A stretch of DNA of 64,000 nt from Felis catus (lineage: Eukaryota), in the NCBI RefSeq assembly GCF_018350175.1, contig NC_058368.1:237090001-237154000 (forward strand), written 5' to 3'. Under the pieces are notes generated by a model. It did no database searches. It saw nothing but the letters and a program-made list of their open reading frames with translations, and was not told where the DNA came from. This document shows positions 47,841 to 60,639 of this stretch, in pieces; position 1 is the stretch's first letter, and the number at the start of each line of letters is the position of its first letter. The position numbers and the translations under genes are program-made.

Positions 47841-50800
47841 GCCATGATGTGGCATTTGGTGTGGAGGGCATTTGGTTGAAGGAGACAATAACACGCCCGA
47901 CAATTCTAGGCAAGTGTTTCCCTCGGGATTTCTTGATCGAGAAATACAGCGTCGGCTGCCCCTAGACTTACGTATCCTAAGGAGGAGTGATCTTCCGTCC
48001 CCTGGGTTATCAACCTGGAGTTACAACTTCACACCTAATGTTGACACAACAATGCTTTTCTTTTCTTCTTTTTAATCGTTGGTCTTCAACGATTGTCAAC
48101 AATGAACGTACGCGTTTAAAAAAACAATTATGAGGTGTATGTTTCAAAATACACAAATCTCACACTGCCCGAGAGGCTACTACTGATACACTTGTCCGTT
48201 AAAGTCTGTGATGGTAATGCTTTCGGGCTTGCCCTGCACTTGGCAAAGATGTAAATGACGGCTGAGGGACGGATGTTGCGCAGTCCCGACGTTGTGCCTC
48301 GAGCCACGCGCTCGGGTAGGTTCCACTGCGCTCTGCAAGCATCTGGATAGACGGCAGGTCGTATGCGACTCTCCCTGGTGTTTCTCTGGGGCATCGACTT
48401 TGCACGGAGATTGGAGAGAGAGGCCCAGGGCGGGAGGGACACACACGGGGAGATGGGAGAAAGCATCCCAGGACCGCGGCCCAGGTCACGGTGGGATGTG
48501 TATTTGCCCAGTAAATCCAAGCTGACTTCTGTCTCTGGGCCCAGAATTTGGCAGTTATAATGATGTGATCAGACAGCTGTGCCCCACGCCACCCTACTCT
48601 CAGGTTGTGGAGGACTGTTTCACCCCGGAGCCACGTGCCGCACGCATGGTAAGTAGAGGAAGACGATGCAGCCCTGGCTGGGACCAGAACCCTGGCCTCC
48701 TGGCACTCCATCTGCCCTGCCCGCCAGGTCGCACTCTGCAAGGTGCTGTCCCTGGAGTTAGGCAGACAGGTGCAGGAGGGATCAGTCAGCGGGTGTTCCC
48801 GCTCTCTGGGCCCCGTCTGGGCTGTTCCTCCCAGGCGCCCACTGCCTCTCCTGGGTCAACACTCTGAGTCCTGCGTGAGCACGGCCCTCGGACAACTGGG
48901 TCTTTCAGCAGAATCGTGCACAGAAACGCTGTCCCGCCACACGCTGTCTGGAGCAGAGCTCCCTGTGAATGGGGGTGCAGCGCTGGTGGTCCCTCGCGGA
49001 GGTGCTCCTGGCTCTGAGGCCGGCTGCCCGCCCCAGGTCTTCTGCAGAAGCTTGGGCGCCCATCATGCCCCTGGACTTGGTGCATAGGATGCTCTCCCTT
49101 TTCCTTGACAACCAGATGTGTTTTGAAATATGAGCGTCTTGTTTGAATCCAGAAAACCCAGCCACCTGCAAAAGCCGTCCCGGCGACCACGGATTGAGGA
49201 CCTCAGGGACTGCGCCACTGGACGAGAGGAGGCTCTCACCAAGTGCTCCTCTACCCTGCGTGGATGTCTGTCCCTGGAATCTGCCCCTCAGGCTGCTGCA
49301 AGATGCCACCTCCTCCGAGGGGCCTCCCGTGGCCGCCCTCACCCAGGGCCAGAGGGCTCGGGAGGCTCTCACCTCGGCCACCTGGGGGCTGAAAGAATGA
49401 GTCCCCAACACAAGGCCATTAAGCTACTTGCCGTTTTCCTGAAACGAATCTTTTCTACTCACTTTTCTAAAAATAAGGACAAAAAGAACCCCGCAGTCTA
49501 TTAAGTTGCTACTTTAAACTTTGTCTATTTTCCAGTGTGGCAACCGTGCTCCCGCATCTGCAGTGGAAACAGCAAAGCTGAAAATTACTAGCTGGACGTG
49601 AACATGACTGTTCGACATAATTCAGGGCCGAAATTTCCCTTAAAGATTTAAATTACCTCAACTGGCCTTCGACGCGCCCCAGGTTAGCTCCGTAATTCAA
49701 TACTTCATCTCGCTAACCACTGTCCAACAGGGCCGGATGGGGTCGGTGGTGCACAAAAGCAGGCTGAGTCCCCACCCGCACAGCCGCCACGGACCAGCAG
49801 CTGCTGGCACCCGCGACCATGACCAGGGGAAGGCTGGAACTTCCCGGCAGAGAGAACGCCTTTCCGGGGCTCCCCCCACCCCGGTCACCTGCCTTCTGGG
49901 GGCCAGACGAGACCAGAAAAACCAACAATTGGAGGCCACTCAGCACAGAGGAGACGATTCTACACACGAGGGTCCTCAGTGGCTCACTTTCGTGGCCGAA
50001 TCTGTCTGTCTGTAAAGAACGCAAACGCTGGAGGTCCCGGCTGGAGGTCATCGCTCAGATGAGGCGATCCTGAGCTGCCATTTGTCGTAGTTGCCCTTGA
50101 AGTTAACGTTTCTAGTGCTGACGGTGGTACATGTCATTGGTTAGCATTTCTCACATCCAGACAGTCCGGGGAGCATCGCACGTTCATCGACGACGTGGGC
50201 TTGGCCGATCTCACCTGAGAAGGCACGATCGAGGGTCCCGAGCGCCCGGTGACAGAGCCACCGTGTGGGACCGTGGGTGTCGGAAGCGACATCTGGAAGC
50301 AACCAGGGGCTCAGACACTGTGCGGTGAGATGCCGTGCGTTCATCTCAAGCATGCCTGAGGCCAGTGTGTTTGGGGTGGCCGAGGAGAACCACGCGGCAC
50401 GCAGGGCGAGGCGCCTAGAGCAAGTATGGCCTGTGAGTGTCCTCACGGGGACGCAAGGTACAGGTCCACACCTACCCCGAGCTGGGCTCCTGGATGCAAA
50501 TCCCCACCAAGGCTGTCACTCCAGCTGGGACTTCCTGGCTCCAGTTCCTCCATCAAAATCCCCTCGGCCGACGGGCAAACGTTCCGAGAGGCCTCGAAGC
50601 CGCTGGACATGAACTTTGTCTCCTGGGATCGCAGCGTCCTCCCGAGTTCTCCTGGGCTGTAACGATCACTCAGCCCTTCCGTTCAGGTCAACAGCTATGC
50701 GTCGGGCACTGCTGTGTGCTCACCGGGATCAGAGGGGAGGAAGAAGCAGGACCGCTGTCCCTGGACCTAGTCTTGGTGTTCGGCCCAGAGACAGATCATT

Positions 50801-53160
50801 CTGGTTCGGAGAGCCATGTCCTCTGCAGGAACCCTGCAGAGATGCTTGCCTGTGGCCCCGGGAAGGTCTGCTGGAGTCCCCGACACTCCAGTAGGCACGC
50901 GTCCACAGCGCATCATCCGGGATGTAGTGGGAGGGCTCTCCAGGACAGCGGGCAGCTCGAGGAATGTCTGGTGGAGAGGCCAAGAGCCTACCTCCCCCAC
51001 ACCGGCTGTGGTGCAGGGAGCTAGGACGAGAAGTGGGGGACAGGGCAGGAGAGCCCCCCAGGGTCCCCATGTTGTCCTGCAGGGAATTAAAGCCCCCGGG
51101 GACTTTGGAGTGCATCCTGAAATCGGGTTCCCATGGGACAGGTCACTGGTGAGGATGGTGCAGGGGTGCCGGATGGAGACGGAGAGCTGGAGCGGAACGA
51201 GAGGTCAAGGGGCCACGAGGCCGCGGGGAAGACTCCCCCCTCCCGGCCCCACCCCGCTACCCGTGAGGTCACGTGCTCTCCGTGTGGCCTGGGGCTCTGC
51301 CTGCTCAGTGGTCTGTCCCCTCAAGGGGTCCGCATGGAGACGGAAAAGGCTACCACTCGGTGCTCAAGGGCCTGGCCCGCTCCCTGGTTGTGTGCCGAAA
51401 GCTCTTCGCCCGCACCGCTTAAAGAAGCAGCAGCAGCTCCGGGAAGAGGCAGGAGTGCCCCGAGGTGTGGCATTATTTCTGCCCCTTGTTAGCCTGCACC
51501 CGGGCCGCTCTTCCTTGTCAACAGCCGGCTCCCTGGGACGTGGGCTGGCGCTCAGACCAGGAGCAGGGGGGCTGGCCGAGGAATGCTCTGGGTGCCCTTG
51601 TAGAGGGTGCCCGCCGAGCCCACGGGCAGGACGGGGCAGGACCACTCCCCTCCGAGATGGGGCGCCTTCCTTTGCCAAAGGGCGACTGTGCGGGAGGACA
51701 CGCGGGGAGCTGGCACTGAGGACCGAGGGCCTCGATCCGGAAGCGGAGGTGGCCGGACGCCCCTCGGCCCGTTCACACCCTCTTGCTCTGTGTGCTGATT
51801 TCTCCTCGGGGGCCAGCAGCTCCGCGGTGCTGCTCTGTCTCTTTTCCCAGCAAAACCCGTAAGAGCAGGTCGGATGATCGGTACAACCAGACTTGGCCTT
51901 CTTCTGAGCATGACATACCCCCCGGCCCTGTGGCCACGGCTGCAAGCCTGGGTGACTGGCCTGGTGGGGTGACACACATCCTCGCCCTGAGAGGCCCTGA
52001 CCTTCTCAGTCTGTGATTCCAGGGTTGGTCCACTTACAGTCAAGTTCAGCCTGGCCAGTTGAAACACGTGCATCGCCCGCTGCGTGGCTTGGGCTCTGCC
52101 CACTGGAAGGATGTTCCCTCACTGCTGCCCTTCAGGGACACCCTGGGGGTGGCTGCAGTGCCGCCGAGGTTCCTTTTGACCCCACACGCCTGTGCCGTCT
52201 GTGAGGCAAGCTCGGCCTCTCTCCATCAGCCCCTACGGGACCCCTCCCGCGGCCGTGTGCGAGCTGAGAGGCGCTGGGCCATGCACGGCGAGACACGGCC
52301 TTCCAGCCATCAGCTTCCGCAACTTCTGGCTCCCTACGCCCTGCTCGCACCTGGTGCCGGGGGTACACGGGACCTCGTCACACCGCAGCACCCTAGCGGG
52401 TGAGGGTGGGCATAGCCCCGAACGGAGCCAGAAACGGGCACCACTGCCCGTTCCACACGGTGCTCACTGATCCTGGTCCTCCCTTCGGGCAGAGATGGGA
52501 AATAATGCACTTGCCGGGCGAGTGGTCACATCCCCTGTGCCTGAGTCCGTGCTAATCTGTCCTGGCAAAGACAACACCAGATGCGACGAGGAGGCTGCTA
52601 CCTGCTTGGGATCGCGGCGTCCTCTGGGATGCGCCTCATTGTTTTAGAAGCCGAGCTCTGAATTAACTGGGGACGTTAGTGCCCCCACACGCTTTTGTCT
52701 TCAGGGGCACTAATCTCTAGCACCCTGGTCGGCCGGATTGGCTGCCCCACCACGGCTGTCAGGGGATGCCGGTTGAGGAACGTGCGGGGTTTGCTTGCTA
52801 CAAAGAATGTGCATTCCCAGTGTTGAGGAATCTGTCACTGGGCAGGCGCAGGGACACAGCAGGCTCACCGTGAGCTGGCTCGGACCTGGGCCGTTCTCAT
52901 AACTGGGCACCCACGTGTCGGGGCACCACGGTGTCACGGGGAAGCCGTGGTGGTGCTTTAGGTCCCCAGTCACCAGTGTCACCTCAGGCGCTGTGAAAAG
53001 AGTCCTCACCATGCTTGGGGTTCCCTTCCCTCGGTGGACAGTAACCCAGGGAAAGCTCTGTGGGCTCCTCTAGGAAGGCCTCCAGGACTCACTGCCATGC
53101 AGTGTCGTCCTCCTGGGTCTCCTCTGGAGTCAGCATGTTCTGGGTCGAAAATCAAGTTCT

Positions 53161-53500
53161 GGGGGCGCCTGGGTGGCTCAGTCGGTTACGCGTCTGACTT
53201 CAGCTCAGGTCATGATCTCACAGTTGGTGAGTTCGAGCCCCGCGTCGGGCTCTGTGCTGACAGCTGGGAGCCTGGAGCCTGCTTCGGATTCTGTGTCTCC
53301 CTCTCTCTCTGCCCCTCCCCTGTTCTCACTCTGTCTCTCTCTCTCTCTGTGTCTCTCTCATAAATAAAATTAAAACGAAATCAAAATAAATAAAATAAGA
53401 TGAAAATATATAAAATAAAGTAAAATTAAATTAAAAGAAATAAAATAAAATAAAATAAAATAAAATAAAATAAAATAAAATAAAATAAAACAAAAGAAAA
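53161..53500 (+). mobile_element. CAN-SINE with an expanded (TAAAA)n tail
   Basis: Near-consensus SINE at 53161-53365 followed by about 130 bp of A-rich tail including a pure (TAAAA)n run. Confidence 0.96.
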
Positions 53501-56500
53501 CACGAAACAATTTCCAGTCCAGAATCGGAGCCAGCAACTGCCACTCGCGTTCGGGTAGCCGCCCACAGCTCTCACACTATTGCACCTGCTTTTCCCGTGT
53601 GCAGAGCGGGAGAGGCGCCCGCTGGCTCCCTGCAGGCCTGCCCTGAGCGCGGGGCTCTCCCGGCCACCCGTGGCTGCCGCACGCGGGGCCGGCTCCCCCC
53701 CAGCCTCCCCTGGCCTCTCGCTAAGCACACCCGCCACGCGTCTGACAGGCAAACACCAGCACCCGCCCCTTCATCCCCCAGCCATCGGAGTGGCGGCGAC
53801 GTGACGCCATCTCCTAGAGGCAGCCCGGTCCAGGGCAGACAGCCACCACGGCGCTTCTCCTCGGGGAGGACGGTGGCCTGCCAGGTTTTCTGACTGCGCT
53901 CAGCGTATCCGCTCGAATACGCCCATTCTCTGAGCCTTTTCATCCCCCTCCGCCATCTGCCCTGGAGACTGTCGTCTCCAGTCCACTTAGTATGGGCCAT
54001 TGCCTCTCCCAAGCCCTCCGGAGCCCATATGGCAGCGTATTAGCACGGTCTCCTGGGGGTCTTTGCCAGGGTGTTCAATGCCACTTTGTGGGACAAGGCC
54101 CCCGTTTGGGTAAAATGCCCTGTATCCACGTTTGTATTTATGCCCCTTGACCCAGCCCCCTGGGGACGGCCGCATGCTCAGGCCAGTGTATGTCGCTGGG
54201 TCCTGCAGCTCCTGGAGGAGGGGTCCCTCCCCCTCCCCGCAGGCTTGGCTGCCCCCCGGGGCAGTTTCCGGTGGGGGCAGGGGAAGACACACAGGGGCGC
54301 GTGCCCGAGTGAGCACGTGTGCGCTCACACACGTGTGCGTCTTGCAGAGAAGTTTCCACATCATCCTCATTCAGGGTGAGATACCGAGGGAGGGGCGGGC
54401 CACCTTTGAGCCCCAAAGGCTCCGGCAGATGTGAGAACCAAGTGCATTGGCCCCCATGTCCCCACCTGAGCCTCGTGTCGGTTCTTCACTGGCGATGATG
54501 GCGTCCGACTGTGTCCGGCAGGCTTGCTGGATTTGAGTATCCAACTGGCTCTGGACTGTTAACTCGTCTAAGTCCCGGAGCTGGGCCTACACTCACCTGC
54601 CCGCCATTTGTGGGTGAGCAGAGGCCTTTCGCGGGTGGTCACGGAGTCCCCCTGCGCTTACACTTGGCCTCGAAGTGGCGACCAGCCAGCCCCAGGCCTT
54701 CCTGGCTTTTCCCGGGGCCTCAGTGGCCTCCCACATCTACCATCCACTTCGAGCTTCATGGGCCAAAGCTGGTCTGGGCAGGGCCACTCCGTGCTCGTCG
54801 CCAAGGGCCCTTAGCCCGGACACCCAGACGTGTCAGACTGCAGCACTGAGAGGAGGGATAAATGGCGAGGACAGATGAAGGCAAAGAGGATGGCCCCCTA
54901 ACAGTCCCACAGGCGAATTTCCAAGGGGACCCCGTCAGCCATAGCCGGACGCTCCTGGTTTCTGTGGCCCGATGGCCCCTCTGTCCCATCCCACTGAGAC
55001 CTATCTCAGGGCTTCCCTTCTCCAGGCCTCTATGACAGGTTGCCCACTTTCCCGTCCCGTGGGCTTCCCTGACGTGGCTGGGAAATCTGTCCTTTTTTTT
55101 TTTTAATTTCTGAGCTGGTCCTATTTTTGTTTCAAGTAACCCAGTTCCTAAATCCACTTTCATTTTGGAATAATCGAGGGAATACATGTGGCTAAAGCGG
55201 GCACTGGTCCACGGTGGTTGGTTCTGGATTGTGCAAAATTAATGTGTTTGGGGTATTTTTAATAGCGCTCAGCAGACCTTTCCCCACCGCAGCCCAAATA
55301 AAGAGGCCTGGGACAAGAATTCCACCCCCCCCCCCACCGGGACCCCTTTGGCCCTCTAGCACATTGTCCAACTCCGGGCACTCGAGGGGAGCTCTTGAGT
55401 CCGATGTCGAATCTGCCGTCCCTCTTTCAAACACGAGTGTCCTTCTCGCCCTGACCTTGCTGAGTAGAACTGCCTTTCCATCTCAGAATGACAAAAAATC
55501 TCCCTCCCCGGTTGGGCAGTAATTTCAGCAAAACGGCATTAGATCCTCCCAAACCCTTGCATCATGAGCTTCTTGGTATTAGAGATACAGTAACGTAAAC
55601 ATACCAGCCAGGGCCCCGTCGGATTTCACCCTCTTGCCACCTGGGGTCCTAGATCAGTACCCGCACAAGTTTTGCGTGCCATCTGCACCTAAGGAAATAC
55701 GAGAGTGGGTCGGGGGTCCCTGAGCCTCCAGAAGATGCTGGCTAAGGGTCACTGAATCACTGCAGACACGATGGCTCGGGAGCGCCCGGTGAGGGGCAGT
55801 GAGCCGTGGGCCCGGCAGTGGTCACGGCGAGGGTGTGCTATCGAGGGCCTCTCTCTGGGCCACGAGAGAGAAGCCCGAAGTGAGGACCGGCCGCCCAGGG
55901 CACACTAGCGGCTGCCCGGGGCCAGAAGATTCTAAGCTAGGGACGGACCTGTGAACGGGACCAGAGAGGCCGGGCACTCTGTGTCCCTCTTCCTGCAGCC
56001 GGCTGGTGAGGCCACCTTGGTAAGGCTGTGGTAAGGCCGGAGCCTTTGCACACACGTGGGTTCGAGGAGGGGCTTCTCCGGGAGGCCCGTGGAGAAGGAC
56101 AGCGGTGGTGCATCCTGCAAATGGGCCGAGGGTCCCGCCCAGCAGGACCATCTTGGTGGCTCCGGCAGCCACAGCCTGTCCCTCTGCTGTCATATCCAGC
56201 TGTCCCTCCCCTGCCCCGCTCTCCTGCCTCAGGGTGGCGGCCATGCGAATTGCTTTTCCCGGTGCCTTCCTGCCGGTTTTGGCTGGCGGGAGACAGATTC
56301 CAGGTATTTTCTGCCATACGTCCATCCCCTCCGTGGTCTCAGCTCATCATCCCCTGCTTCCCACGAAGGCGGCACCTTCCTGGCTGGCCTCCCCGAGTCC
56401 CTCCTGTGCCCCTCTGCGGCTCCAGGGTCCCAGCTCCCAGGCTCCTCAGGCCGGCGTCCCCGGCTGCAGCACTTTCCGTGACCAGGCCCCGCATTCGAGA

Positions 56501-57309
56501 ACCCTCTGGCGCAGGCCGCGTCTCCCCACGCTCACAGGCTGACATCCCCCACGGGGCCCTCGGGCCGCTCTGCCGGCTCCGTGCGGGGGGCTTACAGAAC
56601 TGGGGGCTCTCAGGCCTGAACCTCACGGCCCGAGGGAAGCCAGAAGGTGAGAATTGGGCCTTGGGATCCTAACATCGGCTTCGCCCGCAAATGAGCTGCC
56701 TTTCTCTTCCGTCCAGAGAGTCAGGCTCAATCCCAGACCAAGGGCAGGACCCGTGGATCTAGAAACCGTGTCTAGAAGAGTCCAGGGAGGCCCCGTCTAA
56801 AGCACACGCCCTGTAGAACCTCACTTTGGCCCCGGGCACAGCAAAGCGCCCCAGGCCCTCTCAGATCACTTCGCGGGGTCTCCGGAGAAGGGCTGTGATG
56901 GGCGGGCCTCGGATCCCCGCGCCCCCAAGGCGATGCTCACGGTCCGGCTCCAGGTGAACCCCTCAGGACAGAACAGCCACAGACCACTTGAAGCCCTGGT
57001 TTCTCGAAGAAATTTGTTTAAATTCTGCCGCACTTGTCACGTTCGTTTCCCAGAGTTGTTTATTTGTTTGGACGCTCCTGAGACACGGACGGAGGCCCCA
57101 GGGCCCCGGACTCGCGCGGATCCGTGTCCACCAGCACCAGGGTGTGGGGACACGGGGCCGGCGGTGCCCCTGGGACAGGAAGATTCAGCGCCCGCCCGGG
57201 CACCTGGCCCTGCCTGCCACCCTGCTCCCGACATGCTGCGTGTGACCGGGCCTTCTCCTGTGTCCCCACCGTCATGTCCCATTTCCTGCCGTAGGCCTCT
57301 CCTCCGCAG

Positions 57310-57584
57310 GTGCACACGCACCACCAGCATACACGTACTCACTCTCAAACCCACATGCCTGCACACCGCACACCAACATGTTGACACTCACACCTACACA
57401 CACCCCACCTGACATCACACCCACACTTTCATGTTCATACTTGTGCATATGCACCCACCAGGGCACACCCACACATTCTTGCACGCACACACACGCCTCC
57501 ATGCACACACCTCCATACACTCTATGTGCACACGCACAAGCCCCCATGCACGCACATATGCACACACCTCTGCCTACACACAAA

Positions 57585-57626
<42 letters not shown>
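57310..57626. repeat. CA-rich degenerate tract ending in a pure (CA)n microsatellite
   Basis: cacacgcacc/cacacatg-type degenerate units, then pure (CA)n at about 57587-57625. Confidence 0.9.
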
Positions 57627-57627
<1 letters not shown>

Positions 57628-58404
57628 CAAGCCTGATCACTGTTGGTCCTTGGTAGCTGTCTGACATTGTCACTTGGCCAGACGGTTTTTCCCGGGCAGG
57701 TGTCTGCTGGAACGTGGCTAGAAGACCCACGGACCGGGGATTATGTGGCCTTCTTTCTCCACCTGCTCAGCACCGGGTCTCTGCTTTGCCCTTAGAAGTG
57801 TCGAGCAAGTCGCGGAAAGGAAGCAGAAAAGAGCCGTAGAGAATCTGTGGCCCCAGGAGCAGGGATCTGTGAATTTAGGGTCCCAGGACCTGCGACACTT
57901 GTATCGTTGACCAGCTTTGAGCACATCTGGGAGCACCGCTTTGTTCCTGTTCAATCTTCTACGGGACACAGAGAAAACGCTCACTGCCATCACCACCCCT
58001 TCGTCGGGGTTGGGGAAGAGCCGTCCTCGGGACACAGAGGTCCGAGGGAGCTCGGAGGCTGGGGAGGGAATCACAGCACGGGCCTCCAGCCGGCCTCCCG
58101 CTTCACTACTGAGCGTGCTCGCCATGGCACTGAGGACAAACGGATGCCCTTGGCCTGCACCAGCCACCTCACGGCCCTCCCTGCATCTGGAGAGAAGAGA
58201 GGAAGGACCGAGGGAGCTTCAGCACGACACGGTTGCGTCCCCGCCTGCCATCCTCTGAAGGCGGGGCCACCAAAGCCGTACCCTGGACACCCAGAGCCAG
58301 CCCTCTCCAGGCAGGACACCACCGTCGACCTCCCCCTGCAGGAGCCAGCACCGCTCATGAGCTCAACCCTGAAAGTGTCAGGAAGGAACCCTGGAGACTC
58401 GTCA

Positions 58405-58550
58405 CCGAGTCCCAACACCATGACCCAGAGCATCAGAGTCACCTGGGACTTGATAAAAACGCACAGTCCCCAGCGCCACCCCAGACCCACGTCAGCGGGA
58501 GCCGGGCCTGGGTGGGCGCCTCCCTGCAAACCCCCAGGCGTGAGACCCTG
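58405..58550. mobile_element. MER5A-like hAT MITE relic
   Basis: gcatcagagtcacctgggacttgataaaaacgcacagtccccagcgccaccccagaccc. Confidence 0.55.
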
Positions 58551-59876
58551 ACCCTCGCCCTCCTCCCTCCGCCCGTCACGGCCCCCTCCCTCTGGACAGA
58601 CCTCGACCTGTGCCTCTGGGACCCGAACGCCTGCAAGTCACAGCTCTTGTTTTCTCATCTGTCCCCAAGAGGTGCGAGTGTGTCTGCCTCGTTTTCCCTC
58701 GGAGGACGCGAGGCATCTTCAGGACTCTATGCGATTGTGTGTTCAGGACTATCTCCACCTTAGGTGGAATTAGGAGGGAAGTTCACAGGCGTGCGCTTTG
58801 AGTCTGGGCTGGCTTTGGCGAGATGACCTTGACAAGTGAAAGAAGACATCCGCGAGTCCTACACGGCATCACAGGAAAAGAAGGGGGTGGAGCCAGTTTC
58901 TTCTCTGTGTTGCTGCTGAAACGCTCAGGGGAGAAAGACAAGTGAAATAGCTCACTTGTGAACAACGTTCACTTCACGGGGCTCCCCTCCGGGTGCTCTG
59001 GGCTTACCTGGCTCCCGTGGGACCCCTCGCAAAGGGACTTTATTTAAAATGGGAAGGTTGGGTCACATGATAGAATTCAATGGGCGACACATGAACGGTA
59101 ATGACACGTCCACCTTCAGTGACGCCGAGGAGTGGGGTCTGGGACGTGGCGTCGCCGCACAGGCAGGTGCTGGTCTAACCACGCGACCCCCCTGCCGGAA
59201 GCGTGGGTTCCATGTGGAGTGGGGCAGTCTGGGACGCCCCACCAGAGCCCGGTCAAGTCTTTCCTGCCCCCTCACCGGGGCCTGGAACAGCCAGCGGCCA
59301 CTGGCGGGCCCGGAAGCGTCCGCATGCGGCAGGGGGGACTCGTGGAGGAACCCCAAAGGAACAGGGCCTCGGGCGGTTTCCATGGAGGCTCTGCGGCCAA
59401 AGGCACGGCATTCTCTACTTCTGCTCGGACCGTAGGGCCAGTTTGCACCTTCCACCTGCTCAGGGTGAGAAACTGTTTCCAAGTCTTGCGTTAAAAAACG
59501 TATACCGTGCAGGGCCCTTTTCTCCTAGCCTGTGCAGAATTTTTGAAACTTCTGTCCTGGAGCTTTCCCAGGAACGACGACTCCACACAAATGCCCCCAA
59601 AGACCTTTGAGCTCCCCAACAAAGAACAGAAGTAGGAGAAAAGGTTGCTCAGGGGAGCACTCTAGGGGCAAACACAGACTGTTAACATTAGCATTTAAAA
59701 TACAAGGAAACACCGAAAGTGTCCTGCAGGTAACGTTTGCTGCCTGAGAGTGAGGAGGCCCCTGAAAATCAGGAATCCTGAAGCTTACTCTTCATGTGGG
59801 CGGAGACCCGCTTGGGACTCCCCACAAGCCAGGTCGTGGAAGGAAGTGACGCACCGATTTAAAAATAAGTAAATTA

Positions 59877-60082
59877 GGGACGCCTGGTGGCTCCGTCAGC
59901 TGGGCCCCCAACTGTAGATTTCGGCCCAGGTCATGATCTCACAGTTTGTGGGTTCAAGCCCCACATCGGGCTCTGCGCTCACAGTGAGGAGGCTGCCTGG
60001 GATTCTCTCTCTCCCTCTCTCTGCCTCTCCTCTCCCCTCTCTCTCTCCTCTCTTTCAAAGTAAATAAATAAACCTTTTAAAA
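59877..60082 (+). mobile_element. CAN-SINE
   Basis: GGGACGCCTGGTGGCTC head, GGTTCAAGCCCC, (CT)n, AATAAA tail. Confidence 0.92.
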
Positions 60083-60107
60083 AGTCACTTAAAAAGAAGC
60101 AAAATGC

Positions 60108-60320
60108 GGGGCGCCTAGGTGGCTCAGGTAGTTGAGCGACCGACTTTGGCTCAGGTCATGATCTCATGGCTGGTGAGTTCGAGCCCCGCGTCGGGCTCTG
60201 TGCTGACAGCTCGGAACCTGGAGCCTGCCTGGGATTCTGTGTCTCCCTTTCTCTCTGCCCCTCCCCCACTCTTGCTCTGTTTCTCCCTGTCTCAGAAATA
60301 AATAAACACTAAAAAAAATT
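60108..60320 (+). mobile_element. CAN-SINE (feliform type)
   Basis: Full SINE; TSD-like aaaaagaagcaaaatgc / aaaaataaccaaaatac. Confidence 0.95.
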
Positions 60321-60424
60321 AAAAATAACCAAAATACACTTATTCATTTACTTGTTTTCCATAAATGACTTAAATATTTGGAAAAGTTTTCAGAAAACTC
60401 TACCGTTTTTCCTTCTCCATTCAA

Positions 60425-60639
60425 TTTTTTTTTTTTAATGTTTTATTTATTTTTGAGACAGGGAGAGACAGAGCATGAACGGGGGAGGGACAGAGAGAGA
60501 GGGAGACTCAGAATCTGAAACAGGCTCCAGGCTCTCAGCTGTCGGCACAGAGCCCGACGCGGGGCTCGAACTCACGGACCGAGAGACCATGACGTGAGCC
60601 GAAGTAGGCGCTCAACCGACGGAGCCACCCAGGCGCCCC
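60425..60639 (-). mobile_element. CAN-SINE (feliform type)
   Basis: Poly-T, (GA)n, gagcccgacgcggggctcgaac, gccacccaggcgcccc. Confidence 0.96.

Noticed and set aside
48074..48094. Perfect 8-bp inverted repeat aatcgttg-gtctt-caacgatt
   Set aside because: Short enough to occur by chance in 64 kb and has no supporting context
50816..51862. 348-aa ORF with several overlapping ORFs on both strands
   Set aside because: Stop-poor GC-rich DNA; Arg/Gly/Pro-biased peptide with no recognisable family or exon structure
53173..53367. Recurring peptide AQ.V..PTSAQVMIS..VSSSPASGSVLTA in many ORFs, resembling a gene family
   Set aside because: It is the translation of the CAN-SINE body
53540..53930. Possible CpG-island promoter
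   Set aside because: CpG density is high across most of the window, so this patch is not clearly distinct, and no first-exon evidence is visible
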